Assembly (NCBI GenBank): GCA_963821525.1
Contig: CAWGED010000012.1
Coordinates: forward strand, 160,001-224,000
DNA from: an uncultured Gemmatimonadales bacterium
Lineage (GTDB): Bacteria; Gemmatimonadota; Gemmatimonadetes; Gemmatimonadales; GWC2-71-9
Reading direction: 5' to 3'
DNA length: 64,000 nt
Shown in pieces: positions 1 through 11,089 of the stretch. A model generated the notes under the pieces. That model saw nothing but the letters and a program-made list of their open reading frames with translations, was not told the origin of the DNA and ran no database searches. The translations under genes and the position numbers were made by a program. The stretch's first letter is position 1. Each line of letters begins with the position of its first letter.

Positions 1-2
1 CA

Positions 3-482
3 CCCGCCGGGCAACCGAGCGGGCCCGCCGGTTGGTTTCAGTCCATGAAGCCGTACTGCAATTCGGTCGAGGTAGAGACGATGATGCGACAGACGTCTCC
101 GCCCGCGGGGATGCAGGGCGCTGGCTACGGAGCAGCGTGCTATGCGCTCGCCGGTCACATCGACCAGGCCCGGTCACTAATCACCGCCCTTCCCGCTGGT
201 GAGCGAGGCCAGGCATCGGCGATCGTTTTCGACATCGGCCATCCAGTAGCCGACGCCGGCGACGACCGTTCCGCCGGGCCCATCATGGAGCTGGTACTCG
301 AGTTCTGGCCTGAGAACTACATGGCGCTCTACCACGCCGGCATGTCGGAGTACGTGCTCGGCCAACCCGATCTCGCCGCGACTCATCTCCGCCGTTTCCT
401 CGAGCTTTACACCAGCAATGATGGCTGGCGCTCGAATGCAATCGAAGTCCTGGGCCGCCTCGATAAGGCTCAGGGAAACTGA
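3..482 (+). CDS. TPR-containing hypothetical protein (5' truncated by window edge)
   Basis: Frame of ORF 45..482 is open back to the window start; C-terminal TPR-like helices (PENYMALYHAGMSEYVLGQPDLAATHLRRFL); stop 4 nt before the next ATG. Confidence 0.65.
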   Translation, partial: PAGQPSGPAGWFQSMKPYCNSVEVETMMRQTSPPAGMQGAGYGAACYALAGHIDQARSLITALPAGERGQASAIVFDIGHPVADAGDDRSAGPIMELVLEFWPENYMALYHAGMSEYVLGQPDLAATHLRRFLELYTSNDGWRSNAIEVLGRLDKAQGN

Positions 483-486
483 GCTC

Positions 487-2319
487 ATGAGCTATCTCCA
501 GTCCGGCAGTCTCCTGCTCGCGCGCTACGAGATCCTCGGAGAAATCGGGCGCGGCGGATACTCGGTCGTCTATCGCGCCCGAGACAATGAGCTTGGGGCC
601 GAGGTCGCCATCAAGCTGCTGGTGCCTCCTCCAGCGATGGCTCGATTAGCCCGGGAGCGCATGCGTCGAGAGGTGCTCGCCGCGCGACGGCTCTCCCACA
701 CCAACATCGTGGCGGTGCACGACTTCGCCGAAGAGGGCCAGTGGAGCTTCATGGTGATGGAGTACGTGGCGGGGCCGGATCTGGCGGTTCGGGTCAGAGA
801 GCGGGGACCGCTGCCGCCTGATGACGTGGCGCGCCTGGGCCAGGAGATGTCGTCGGCGTTGTCCGCGGGGCACCACCATGGCGTGCTGCACCGCGATGTG
901 AAGCCGCAGAACATCCTGCTCGATCCGGATGGTCGCGCCCGACTCACCGACTTCGGCTCGGCCCGGCTCGATGGACAGACCACAGTTACCGCCACGGGTG
1001 CCGCGGTCGGAACGCTCGACTACATGGCTCCCGAAGTCTTCAAGGGACAACGAGGCGATGCGCGTTCGGATCTCTACTCGCTGGGACTGACGCTGTATTT
1101 TGCCCTGACGGGACGGCTACCCCAGCGGGCATCTCCTCACCTCCCACCCTCCCCGGTGGCGGAAGGTTTCCGGCCGGGGCAAATTCGCCCCGAGGTTCCG
1201 GGTTGGCTGGACGCGACGGTGGCCCGGATGACCGCGGCGCGGCCGGCCGACCGGTTCCCTTCGTGTGATATCGCACTCCAGGCGCTGGCAGATCAAACGC
1301 CGGGGCCCAACTCACTGGCGATGCCGGACTGGGGCGAGGTGGACTTCTGCCTCATGTGCGGCGTGCGCGATCCGCTGGGACTCGGATTGTGTGCGGCATG
1401 TGCCTCCCTCGCGCCTGCCGGCGACGCGGTGCATGTGCTCCTCCACCCTCCTGTCTCGGAGACCGAGCGGGCGGACCGGCGCGAACGGATTCACCGGCTT
1501 CTTGGTCCCAAGGCGGGGCCTGAACTGGTGCAGGATGTAGTAGAAGGGCGGCGCGTATTGAGCCGAGTGCCGTGGAGCGGTTCGGACCGCGTGATCGAGC
1601 GGCTGGCGAGCCGAGGCATTCCCGCGCGAGTAGCGGGGCGGTGGGTGCCCCTTCCCGGCAGCCTCACGCTCGTGGCGGGTGGGATGGTGGCCTCGGGTTT
1701 CGCAGCCGGAGCGGCGGCGGCGGGCATCCTCATCTGGATGAGCCCCGTCTTGGCAGGCCTCCTCCTCCTGGACGCACAGCGCCGGATTCGCCGCCCTGCG
1801 CTGGTGCCGCCGGCCAATCGCTCGCCGCTCAGTCCCGAAGCGGGGAAGGTCCTGGGAGAGACGCTGGCACAGCTCCCCGAGGGGACGGCGCTCGAGCTGC
1901 TCGCGGAGATTGCGCGCAACGTACACGCGGTGAGAATTCGGCTGGCCGACGCCAACGTAGAGAGCGGCTTCGCCGAAGCGGAGGACCTGCTGTTGCACGC
2001 CTGTGCCGCGGCTCGTGACCTGGCCGATGTGGAGGCGCATCTTTCTGAACTGGAGAGCCGGCGGGAGCGGTTCAACGGGGGGCTCGAGCGTTGGGCCGAC
2101 AGCTTGAGTGACACCGAGCGGACCCGGGACAAGCTGGTCCAACGGATGCTCGACGCGCTTGCTCTGCTGGGACGGGTTCGAAGCCGCGCCCTCGAGGCCT
2201 CGGAATGGACCCATCAGGCCCTGGGTTCGACCGGGGCTGAACTCGACCTCGAGGTGAAGGCCTATGCCGAAGGTCTGCGGGAAGTCGCCGAATTGGTGAA
2301 GACAGACGACAGGCAGTGA
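487..2319 (+). CDS. Ser/Thr protein kinase (Hanks type) with CxxC..CxxC zinc ribbon, 2 predicted TM helices and C-terminal coiled coil
   Basis: GRGGYSVV, VAIK, HRDVKPQN, DFG, YMAPE motifs; CLMC..CAAC; hydrophobic LTLVAGGMVASGFAAGAAAAGILIW; ATG at 487 (MSYLQSG). Confidence 0.9.
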   Translation: MSYLQSGSLLLARYEILGEIGRGGYSVVYRARDNELGAEVAIKLLVPPPAMARLARERMRREVLAARRLSHTNIVAVHDFAEEGQWSFMVMEYVAGPDLAVRVRERGPLPPDDVARLGQEMSSALSAGHHHGVLHRDVKPQNILLDPDGRARLTDFGSARLDGQTTVTATGAAVGTLDYMAPEVFKGQRGDARSDLYSLGLTLYFALTGRLPQRASPHLPPSPVAEGFRPGQIRPEVPGWLDATVARMTAARPADRFPSCDIALQALADQTPGPNSLAMPDWGEVDFCLMCGVRDPLGLGLCAACASLAPAGDAVHVLLHPPVSETERADRRERIHRLLGPKAGPELVQDVVEGRRVLSRVPWSGSDRVIERLASRGIPARVAGRWVPLPGSLTLVAGGMVASGFAAGAAAAGILIWMSPVLAGLLLLDAQRRIRRPALVPPANRSPLSPEAGKVLGETLAQLPEGTALELLAEIARNVHAVRIRLADANVESGFAEAEDLLLHACAAARDLADVEAHLSELESRRERFNGGLERWADSLSDTERTRDKLVQRMLDALALLGRVRSRALEASEWTHQALGSTGAELDLEVKAYAEGLREVAELVKTDDRQ

Positions 2320-3493
2320 CTCAGCGCCTCTACTACACCGACAGTTATCTGACCGAATTCACCGCCACCGTCCTGGAGCGGGGGGATGAGGGTCGGCGGG
2401 TGTATCTCGATCGCACCGCGTTCTATCCGACCTCGGGCGGCCAGCCCAATGATCTGGGATCGCTGGCTGGCAAGCGGGTGCTCGATGTCATCGACGAAGG
2501 AGAACGCGTCGCCCACCTGGTTGATGGGCCAGTCGAGGCAGAGAAGGTTCAGGGATCGATAGACTGGGCGCGCCGCTTCGACAACATGCAGCAGCACACC
2601 GGGCAGCACCTCCTCTCCGCCGTTCTCGCCGACGCCTTCGGATATCAGACCGTCTCGGTTCATTTCGGGTCCGACACCTCGAGCCTCGACCTCGATGTGG
2701 GGACAATGAGCTCGGAGCAGGTCAGAGAGGCGGAAGTACGGGCCAACGCCGTGGTGTTTGAGAACCGGCCGGTCACCTTTGCCTTTGAGGAGGCCGGCGC
2801 CGCTTCAGGGTTGCGCAAAGCCTCTGATCGGTCGGGCACCCTTCGGGTGATCACCATCGCCGATCTCGACCGGAGCGCCTGCGGGGGGACCCACGTCCGG
2901 GCGACCGGCGAGATCGGGAGCATCCTTATTAGAGGAGTCGAGCGGGTAAAGAAACAGGTTCGGCTGGAATTCCTTTGCGGCGAGCGGGCGGTGCGCCGGG
3001 CTCGAACCGATTACGAGACCCTGTCCCGCATGGCGGAATCGGCTTCCGCCGGAATCGGAGACCTGCCCGAACTATTCGCGAAGCAGCGAGCGGACCTGAA
3101 GCTGCTGGACAATTCCAGACGCGGCGCTCGAGGAAGAGCTGAACCAGTACCTGGCGCGTGATCTCTATCACGCGACCCCCGCTGCGACGAGTGGCCGGAG
3201 GCTGATCGTGTACAAGCTCACTAACCAGCCGATTGAAAAGCTCAGGGGATTGGCCCAGGCTGTCATCGCCCAGCCGCAAGCGATCTTCGTAGGAACTCAT
3301 CGATTCTCCCCCGACACTTCTCCTTGCCAGCTCGGCCGACAGCGGGGTAGACGCCGGCTCCATTCTCAAGCCGGTGCTCGAAGCCCACGGCGGCCGCGGC
3401 GGTGGCTCACCCCGCATCGGACAAGGAACCGTAGCTGACGGCGACGCTTTGCATCGCGCGGTGCAAGCGCTGGTGAGCAGCCTCACTTCTTAG
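2316..3493 (+). CDS. alaX: Alanyl-tRNA editing protein (AlaX family) with C-terminal DHHA1 domain; ~2 apparent frameshifts (~3125, ~3300)
   Basis: LYYTDSY, YPTSGGQP, QQHTGQH, CGGTH motifs; C-terminal GGRGGGSPRIGQG in another frame ending TAG at 3491-3493; GTGA overlap with the kinase stop. Confidence 0.85.
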
Positions 3494-3746
3494 TCTTCAC
3501 CTCACCCCGCTGATAACGACTCGTCATCCATCCGGCGAGATCGGTGCAATGGGACGCTGCTATCGTAGCGTCGCCCCACACCGAATCGCTACCGGATGTT
3601 CTGCCATCCCTTTTCAACCGGCCCTCCGCTCGGAAACGAGCACGCGGCGCCGTTCCGGAACCACCCCGAGTGGTAACGGACCGACACCGGGAAGCGCCAA
3701 TCCACCTTTTCTCGGGAGTACAATCAGTAAGAAAGTGAGTACGACC

Positions 3747-4623
3747 ATGTGTGCGAAATACGGATCCGTGAGCCGGACGCTCCTCCTGGGTGCCGCCGTC
3801 ATGGGATTCGTCACGGCGTGCCAACGGCAGTCCGGGTTGGATCACAAGCTCCAGGAAATGGCGGTCATCGCCCAGCGCGACAGCCTGCTCGACGAAGTTA
3901 CGGCCAACGGCAAACTCCTCGGTGAAATCCAGGATGAGCTGGCCAAGGTTCAACCCAAGCCCGCCACAGGGACGCCGGAGTCTCCCGCCCTTGAGGTTAC
4001 TACCGATCAGCGGACCTTCGTGATGGAACGAGTGAGAGAAGTCACCAAGCGGGTGAAGGACCTGCAGACCCGGTTGGCCAACAGCGAGAAGCGGGCGGGG
4101 CGGCTCTCCCGCCAGGCGGATAGCCTGGGCGCCGAATTCAGCGCCGCCAAGGCCACGATTGACGATCTGAATGCCACGGTGGCCACCCAGCGGGAGAACC
4201 TGACTGCGCTCACCGGTCAGATCGAGCAGCTGACCGGGGAGAACGAGATCCTGGCCGACAGCGTGCTTCGCTTGACCGATGACCACAACACCGCGTTCTA
4301 CGTCATCGGTACCCGGGCCGAACTTCTGGCCAAGGGTGTGCTGGTGGAAGACGGCCACAAGGATGTGCCGCTGTTCGGCACCCGCGGTGTCGCGCCAGCG
4401 CGGGAGCTGCCGTTGCAGGAGTTCACGTCGATCGACCGGACCAGCACCCGGCAGATTCCTCTGCCCCGGCCCGACCGGAAGTACCGGATCGTGACTCGAC
4501 AGAACCTGGCCTACCTGAATCCGGGTAGTCCAAAGAAGGGACAGTTGAAAGGAGAGATCGCGATCGCAGCGCCCGACAAGTTCTGGGAGGCGAGTCAGGT
4601 ATCTGATCGTGGTGGAGCAGTAG
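3747..4623 (+). CDS. Coiled-coil lipoprotein resembling the Bacteroidota Cbp1-like family; apparent frameshift near the C-terminus
   Basis: Lipobox-like FVTAC after a hydrophobic signal; long heptad coiled coil; C-terminal NTAFYVIGT..L..KG...F..IDR....IP...D.FWEAS, then YLIVVEQ* in a shifted frame. Confidence 0.6.
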
Positions 4624-4624
4624 A

Positions 4625-4685
4625 GTTCGACGGTTCGACGGTTTGACGGTTCGTGGGCGAGCAATCCGCGAACCGTCGAACCGTC
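4625..4685. repeat. 8-mer tandem repeats forming an inverted-repeat hairpin (GACGGTTC x3 / GAACCGTC x2), possible terminator
   Basis: gttcgacggttcgacggtttgacggttcg ... cgaaccgtcgaaccgtc followed by tttctt, directly after a stop codon. Confidence 0.75.
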
Positions 4686-4796
4686 TTTCTTGCCTTCCAG
4701 CCCAAGCCCTCCCCGCCAGCCGCAACCTAGCCCCAAATCCGCAGCCTTCATATACTTAGTGGTTAGGTCCGGCTTCATTTCCCGCACTCACGCGCC

Positions 4797-7308
4797 GTGG
4801 ACGAAGCACTCCAGCAGCTACAAACTGCCCTTGCCGATCGTTATCGCGTCGACCGAGAACTCGGCCGAGGCGGGATGGCGACTGTCTATCTAGCCGAGGA
4901 TATCAAGCACGGGCGCCAGATCGCCATCAAGGTTCTGAATCCCGAACTGGCGGCCAATTTGGGGGCCGAACGGTTCGACCGGGAAATCCGGATGGCGGCC
5001 CAACTGCAGCATCCCCACATCGTCAGTCTGTATGACTCGGGCTCCACTAACGGCTTTCTCTATTACGTCATGCCGTTCGTGCCGGGGGAATCCCTGCGCG
5101 ATCGACTCAATCGGGACAACCAGCTCCCGATCGATGACGCGCTTCAGATCACCCTCGAGGTCTGCGACGCCCTTTCCTACGCCCACAGCATGGGCATCGT
5201 CCACCGGGACATCAAGCCAGAGAACATCATGCTCTCCGGCGGCCACGCCCTGGTGGCTGACTTCGGCATCGCCCGCGCCGTGGCGTCCGCGGAAACCACC
5301 AAGCTCACTCAGACCGGCACGGCGATTGGGACCCCGCTGTACATGAGTCCGGAACAGGCGGTGGGGGACAATGTCGGGCCCACCAGCGACCTGTACAGCC
5401 TTGGCTGCGTGTTGTACGAGATGCTGATCGGTCAGCCGCCGTTCACCGGCCCCAACGCCCGAGCCATCATGGCGCGCCACGCGATGGAGATGGTGCCGAG
5501 TCTCCAAGTTGTGCGCGACACGGTGCCGGACGAGGTGGAAGACGCGATCCTCGCCGCCGCTAGCCAAGACTCCGGCGGATCGGCCCCAAACCGCGACGCA
5601 ACTCGCCGAGATGCTGGGAGTCCCCCTGCACGTCACCGCGGCGCGGCGGACTACCCGGGCCACAGCGACACGGCGCGCCGCCACCCCGCGCTCCACGGCT
5701 GCTTTCGTTCAATCGAATGTGGTCCTGCGGCGGTGGATTATCGGAGGAACTTTTGCGGCCTTTGTGCTCCTGGTGGGCGGAGGCATCGCGGCGTGGCGGA
5801 TCTGGGCCAAGCCGGGGGGACGCGCACCGCGAGTGTCGGCGGGTTGGATGCCAAGCGGATCGCCGTCCTTTACTTCGACGATCTGAGCAACGATCACTCA
5901 CTCGGCTACCTGGCGGACGGTCTCACCGAGAACCTGATCAGCGAACTGGGGACGGTCCGCAGCCTGGACGTCATTTCCCGTAATGGTGTAGAGCCCTTCC
6001 GTGGCTCCCAGGTCGCGCGGGACAGCATCGGCAAGGCTCTGAACGCCGGCACTCTAGTGGATGGAGAAGTCGAATCTGCAGGTGATCAGATTCGAGTGAC
6101 TGTCCGCTTGATCGACGGCAACAGCGGGGCGGATTTCGAACGCCGTTCGTTCCAGAGGCCGGCGACCGACCTCCTTGCCCTGCGCGACTCCGTCGACTTG
6201 GAGGTGGCCGAACTCATACGGAAGCAACTGGGTGAAGAGATCCGGGTCCGGGAACAGCGGCAGAGCACGAGTAATACTCAGGCGTGGGCCCTGGAACAAA
6301 GAGCCGAGCGATCACTCAAGCAGGAGAACCTGGATCAGGCGGACACGCTCGCTGCCGCGGCTCGTGAGCTGGACCCCAAATGGATCGCACCGATTCTGAT
6401 GCGGACCACGGTAGCATATCGCCACTCCAGGCAGGCTTCGGATGATGCCGCCGCCGCCGGCAAGTGGATCGATCAGGGCCTGCATTACGCGGACAGCGCC
6501 GCGGCGATTAACCCGGAAGACCCCGACCTGCTCGAGGTCCGGGGTAACCTGCGCTACTGGCGCTGGCTTCTGGGATTGGAGACCGACGCAACCGCGGCTT
6601 CCCAGCTGCTGAAGCAGGCGCAAACCGATCTCGAGACGGCGGTCAAGCTGCAGCCGAGCCAGGCGGGCGCCTGGGCGACGCTATCACACCTCTACAACCA
6701 GACCGGTAGTGGGGTAGACGTGAACCTGGCGGCACGTCGCGCCCTGGAAGAGGATGCCTATCTCAGCAACGCAAACGTGATTCTCTCCCGGCTGTTCTTC
6801 TCATCGTACGACCTCGGCCAGTTCACCGACGCCGTGCACTGGTGCGAAGAGGGAGAGCGGAGATTCCCGGGCGACCCGAAGTTCGTGGAATGCCAGCTCT
6901 GGCTCATGACTACGAAGGCAAAGGATCCGGACGTCGGGCTGGCCTGGAAACTCGCCGATTCGGTGACAGCCCTGAGCCGCTCCGGAAGACACGGCGTTTC
7001 AGAGGCATAACACGAGGCTGGTCGTTGCGGCAGTGCTGGCCCGCGCCGGCGGCCAAGCTGATAGCGCGCGTCACCTGGTGAGCCGTTACAAGGGAGACGC
7101 GGCCCTCGATCCGACCCGAGACCTCGCCTTCATCAGCTCCTTTGTCTATATCCTCCTCGGCGACAAGAACGACGCGCTGCAGCAGCTGAAGATCTACCTC
7201 GCTGCCAGCCCGGGCCGGCGCGCCGCGTTCGCGGATGACCCCGGATGGTGGTTCCGGGACCTCCAGAGCGACCCGCGGTTCCAGCAGGCGGTCAACTCGA
7301 AACCCTGA
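4797..7308 (+). CDS. Ser/Thr protein kinase with TM helix, TolB-like N-terminal domain and TPR region; ~3 apparent frameshifts (~5560, ~5825, ~6995)
   Basis: ALADRYRVDRELGRGGMATV, HRDIKPEN, DFG, YMSPE; IAVLYFDDLS...LADGLTE (TolB-like); end WFRDLQSDPRFQQ in ORF 7033..7308. Confidence 0.85.
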
Positions 7309-7526
7309 TTGCAGGGCGCGCACAGCATATCTGCGTCAACCTCGCCACAATCCGGATCGATTGTCGCCTGGCTCCCTCCAGATCTGGTTCCTTCCGAAGC
7401 GTCCCTTCGACATCTTGTCCCCCATGTAAGGTGTAGTTCCCTCGGCTTGCTCCTTGCGGGCCCCGGTCCGAAATTGCAATATCTCGTTCCCCACAATGCT
7501 GTTCCGCTCCGCACCCTAGAGGACGC

Positions 7527-8792
7527 ATGCGCCGCCCGTTGGTGATCCCCGTATTGCTGGCCGCTGTCATCATGGCCGGCTGTTCCGAACGTGTAACCCA
7601 GCAGTCAACCATGAAGGTCGACGGTGGGACTATCGCCAGTGTCATAAGCGATGACAGCCTGCGGATCCTGATGGGCGTGTTGTTCTTCGAGGCCGACGCG
7701 CCCACGGCCCAGTTCGAGCAGATGGTAGGCATCATCCTTCGCACCCAGCCGCCGCCAAACGTTCAGGAAGCGCAGGCCCTCGCGGCGCAGATCGTGAACC
7801 TGACAATCTCCCTGTTCAAGTCCGGGGGTCTTAAGAACCCGACCGATCCGAATCTCCCGCAGAACGTGCTCACCTTCGGCAATGGGATCCTGGAATTCGT
7901 GGGTCTGCCCCCCGGCTTGACCTTGGCGGCACTAGATCCGGACGGCGCGGCGGCGGTTATTACCCCCGAGTCTCCCAATACGACCGTGCTCACCGAGACC
8001 AAGTTTGCGGGGGTTCAGGTCAATACCGGCCAGGTGCCGCAAACCACCCTGATCACCGTCACCCGGCTCCCGAACTCGCCGCCGCCGCTCCTGACGACGC
8101 TGGCCCAGTTCCCCTTCTTCTACGAGTACACATCGTCACCTGAAGTGACGTTCAATACGGATGTCGTGGTCGGCGTCTGTCAGCCCAACAACATCGTAAT
8201 TCCTAACCCGAGCCGGCTCAGGCTGGCGCACAACATCGCGCCGTTCACGCCGGGCAGCATCGAGATCCTGCCGCTGGTCAATGCGCCGTTCCTCGATTGC
8301 ACCCTAGCGCAGTTCTCGCGTGCGGGGTTCGCGGCGCCATTACTGAAGGATCTTGCGGCACTGGTCACGCCGACTCCTATGTACGCTATGGTGGCAACCG
8401 GTGGACTCGGCGGCAGTGCCAAGAAATTCAGCCCCTATGGCGCGGTGGATATTCAGGCGACCATGGACGACAAATCACCCCTGAGTCAGACCGGGGTTGC
8501 CGCTGGGAAGCCGGTGGCGGCGGCCAAACTGCCCAAGGTGCTGCTCCGGAATGCTCTGGGCGTGCCGATGTCCGGCGTCACCGTGGTGTTTAGTGTGACT
8601 CAGGGCGGCGGCAGCGTGACCGGCGGAACTCAGGTCACCAATGCCAGCGGTCTTGCCACAGTTGGTGGGTGGACGACAGGAGCCGTGGCGGGAGTCAACG
8701 CGCTCAGCGCCACGGCGGTCCTGCCGGCGGGGGCCATTGTGCTGAAGAGCCCAGTGGTCTTCAGGGTCACGACCACGGCCGGGACCAAGTAG
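7527..8792 (+). CDS. Lipoprotein with C-terminal bacterial Ig-like (Big_1-type) domain
   Basis: Signal ending IMAGC; GVTVVFSVTQGGGSVTGGTQVTNASGLATVGGW is typical of Big_1; AGGA RBS upstream. Confidence 0.7.
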   Translation: MRRPLVIPVLLAAVIMAGCSERVTQQSTMKVDGGTIASVISDDSLRILMGVLFFEADAPTAQFEQMVGIILRTQPPPNVQEAQALAAQIVNLTISLFKSGGLKNPTDPNLPQNVLTFGNGILEFVGLPPGLTLAALDPDGAAAVITPESPNTTVLTETKFAGVQVNTGQVPQTTLITVTRLPNSPPPLLTTLAQFPFFYEYTSSPEVTFNTDVVVGVCQPNNIVIPNPSRLRLAHNIAPFTPGSIEILPLVNAPFLDCTLAQFSRAGFAAPLLKDLAALVTPTPMYAMVATGGLGGSAKKFSPYGAVDIQATMDDKSPLSQTGVAAGKPVAAAKLPKVLLRNALGVPMSGVTVVFSVTQGGGSVTGGTQVTNASGLATVGGWTTGAVAGVNALSATAVLPAGAIVLKSPVVFRVTTTAGTK

Positions 8793-8795
8793 GGA

Positions 8796-9659
8796 TCAAG
8801 AGCGTTCGATGTGAACCCGCGCCGGCCGGCCCTCGGGGCCGTGCCAGTCCCATTCTCTGGCTTTCCGCTCCGGAACGGCCCAGCTCACGGTGATGCGCTT
8901 CTGCTTCCGCATCACTTCGAGCTTGGCCGTTTCGCCTGAATCGTAGGACCTCAGGATCCGTTCGGCCTGGGAGACGCTCTTGGGCTCCCGGCCGTCGATC
9001 TTGAGAATCACATCTCCCGCCTTCAACGGAATCGTCGAATCGCTCGACGCCTTCACGACCAGGACGCCGGTCTTGGATCCGAAGTACTCGCCCAGGTCCG
9101 GGTTGAGGTCTACCAGGTCCAGGTCAGAGAACCGGTCGTTGATGAAGACGCGGAAATCCCCATCGCCACCATCGAAGTCGGGCATCTTCATGCGGGGGAG
9201 GTCCTGCATGTGAGGCATCCACATCCGCATGCTCATCTTCACATCTTCTGCGATGATCCGTGCGGTGCGAGTCTCGGTGCCCCGGCGATACTGGACCGTC
9301 ACCGTATCCCCGACATCGAGCTTCTGCGCGAGGTCGATCAATTTCTGCCCGGGCCCTGATTCGTCTTCATCGTCGCTCTTGATCCCACCAAGCGCGGTGC
9401 CGTTGAAACTGGTGATGATGTCGCCGGCCTTGAGACCGGCCTTGTCCGCCGGCCCGGCCGGCGTCACTTCCTTGATGCGGGCTCCGATCTTGTCGCTATC
9501 GGCATCGGCCCGGGCGTCAATCATCACTCCGATCCGCGGACGTCCCCCCACGACGAACCGGTAGTCGTGGTCGTGGTCCTGGGCGAGCGCGTCGCTCACA
9601 GGCAGCGCGGTCAGAGCGGACAAGACGGTGAGCGCCGCGGCGCTCCACAAGCGCGGCAT
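8796..9659 (-). CDS. Exported protein with two PDZ domains
   Basis: Signal peptide; GARIKEVTPAGPADKAGLKAGDII and GVLVVK...LKAGDVILKIDG PDZ signatures; no protease domain seen. Confidence 0.85.
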   Translation of the reverse strand: MPRLWSAAALTVLSALTALPVSDALAQDHDHDYRFVVGGRPRIGVMIDARADADSDKIGARIKEVTPAGPADKAGLKAGDIITSFNGTALGGIKSDDEDESGPGQKLIDLAQKLDVGDTVTVQYRRGTETRTARIIAEDVKMSMRMWMPHMQDLPRMKMPDFDGGDGDFRVFINDRFSDLDLVDLNPDLGEYFGSKTGVLVVKASSDSTIPLKAGDVILKIDGREPKSVSQAERILRSYDSGETAKLEVMRKQKRITVSWAVPERKAREWDWHGPEGRPARVHIERS

Positions 9660-9756
9660 AAAGTCTCCCTCGGTTTATGGGTCTTCTGCGGTCGTGCTGC
9701 TGGGGGGAAGGATGCGGGAGGCGGGACGACGGTCGCAGCGGCTCACGAACTGGGCG

Positions 9757-11013
9757 CTAGCCGATCCTAGTCCGGGCCCAGAGCCAGTTGACCCCCCCCA
9801 ACAGCAGGGTCACGCCCAGAGCCGCCCCATCCCGCCAGCTCAGTCGGGTCACGATCGTCAGCGAGAAGAGAATTCCGGCAACGGCCACGATCGTTCCGGC
9901 CGGGAGAGTGAACACCGGTGCGGGAGCGAGCTCGCGCCGCCTCAGCTGGACCAGCGCGGCGCATATCATGGCGTAGATAACCAGACGGGAGATCACCGAC
10001 AATGTCAGGTTCTGCAGGAAGGTTCCGCTCGCAGCCAGCAGCCAGACCAGGGTGCCGTACCAGAACAGCGAGACGTACGGAGTACGAAACTTCGGGTGGA
10101 TCCGGCTGAAGGCAGCCGGCATATCACCCTGCTCGGCCATCGCGAAGGTGAGACGCGAAACATTCAAAGTGACCCCGGCCAGATAGCCGAAGATCGACAC
10201 GAGTGCCGCCGCCCCCATGATTTTGGCGCCCGCTGTCCCGGCGAACACTCCGGCCGCGGCCGAAAGCGGCCGCTCGCTGGCGGATGGATTGGGTAACACG
10301 TGGACGACGACGAATTGCGTCAGAGTGTAGATCAGGGTGACTACTCCCAGCGCCGTGAAGAGCGCGAACGGCGCGTCGCGCCGCGGCTCTTTCGCCTCGG
10401 CCAGCGGCAGAAGCGCACCCTCGAATCCACCGTAGGCGAAGACCAGCAGCAGGATCGCCTCCAGCCAGGTTGATGACGGAGCCGGAATCGGCTGCGGCGC
10501 TACCCCGTGGGAAGAGAACGCGAAAACCAGCCCGGCAATGATGAAAAGACTGAGCGGCACCAGCTTCGCGACGGCAAACAGGTTGCTCGCCGCCGCTCCA
10601 AACCAGACTCCTCGGAAGTTGAGCACCGCGAGTCCGCCGATAATCACCGCCAGGATCAGCCGGGAGGTAAGCGGTTCCGATGCGCCGGGCCAGAACTCCC
10701 TGAGGAGAATGATGAAGAGGTTCGCGTTAGTGGCTGCCGCGGTGACCCGAGCGAGGTAGAGGAGCCAACCGGACTCGATTCCTACCAGCCTCCCAAAGGC
10801 TACTCGCGCGTAGAGGTAGGGCCCGCCCGCCCCACCGAACCGGGAAGCCACTTCGGCCACGCATGCTACGATAAACCCCGTCCCGATGGCTGCGAGCACC
10901 CACGCCCAGGGACTGGATGAGCCGAGTTTTCCCGCCACGATCGAAGGAAGACCAAATACGCTGCTGCCGACGATCGAGTTGATCATCAGGGCGGTGAGGG
11001 ACCACCGCCCCAT
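9757..11013 (-). CDS. APC-family amino acid permease
   Basis: INSIVGSSVF, AEVASRF..AGGPYLY, FAYGGFE, FSRIHPKFRTP; ~12 TM segments. Confidence 0.9.
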   Translation of the reverse strand: MGRWSLTALMINSIVGSSVFGLPSIVAGKLGSSSPWAWVLAAIGTGFIVACVAEVASRFGGAGGPYLYARVAFGRLVGIESGWLLYLARVTAAATNANLFIILLREFWPGASEPLTSRLILAVIIGGLAVLNFRGVWFGAAASNLFAVAKLVPLSLFIIAGLVFAFSSHGVAPQPIPAPSSTWLEAILLLVFAYGGFEGALLPLAEAKEPRRDAPFALFTALGVVTLIYTLTQFVVVHVLPNPSASERPLSAAAGVFAGTAGAKIMGAAALVSIFGYLAGVTLNVSRLTFAMAEQGDMPAAFSRIHPKFRTPYVSLFWYGTLVWLLAASGTFLQNLTLSVISRLVIYAMICAALVQLRRRELAPAPVFTLPAGTIVAVAGILFSLTIVTRLSWRDGAALGVTLLLGGVNWLWARTRIG

Positions 11014-11044
11014 GGTGCGGACGAGCGTCGGGGGAGTGGTCAGT

Positions 11045-11081
11045 GGATGTGAGGATGTGAGGATGTAAGGATGTGAGGATG
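11045..11081. repeat. 8-mer tandem repeat (GGATGTGA) x4.5
   Basis: ggatgtga ggatgtga ggatgtaa ggatgtga ggatg between the RND permease stop and the permease start. Confidence 0.85.
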
Positions 11082-11089
11082 CGCCGGCA

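Noticed and set aside
3483..4787. 434-aa minus-strand ORF
   Set aside because: Antisense to the coiled-coil lipoprotein gene and runs through the repeat hairpin; no protein motifs.
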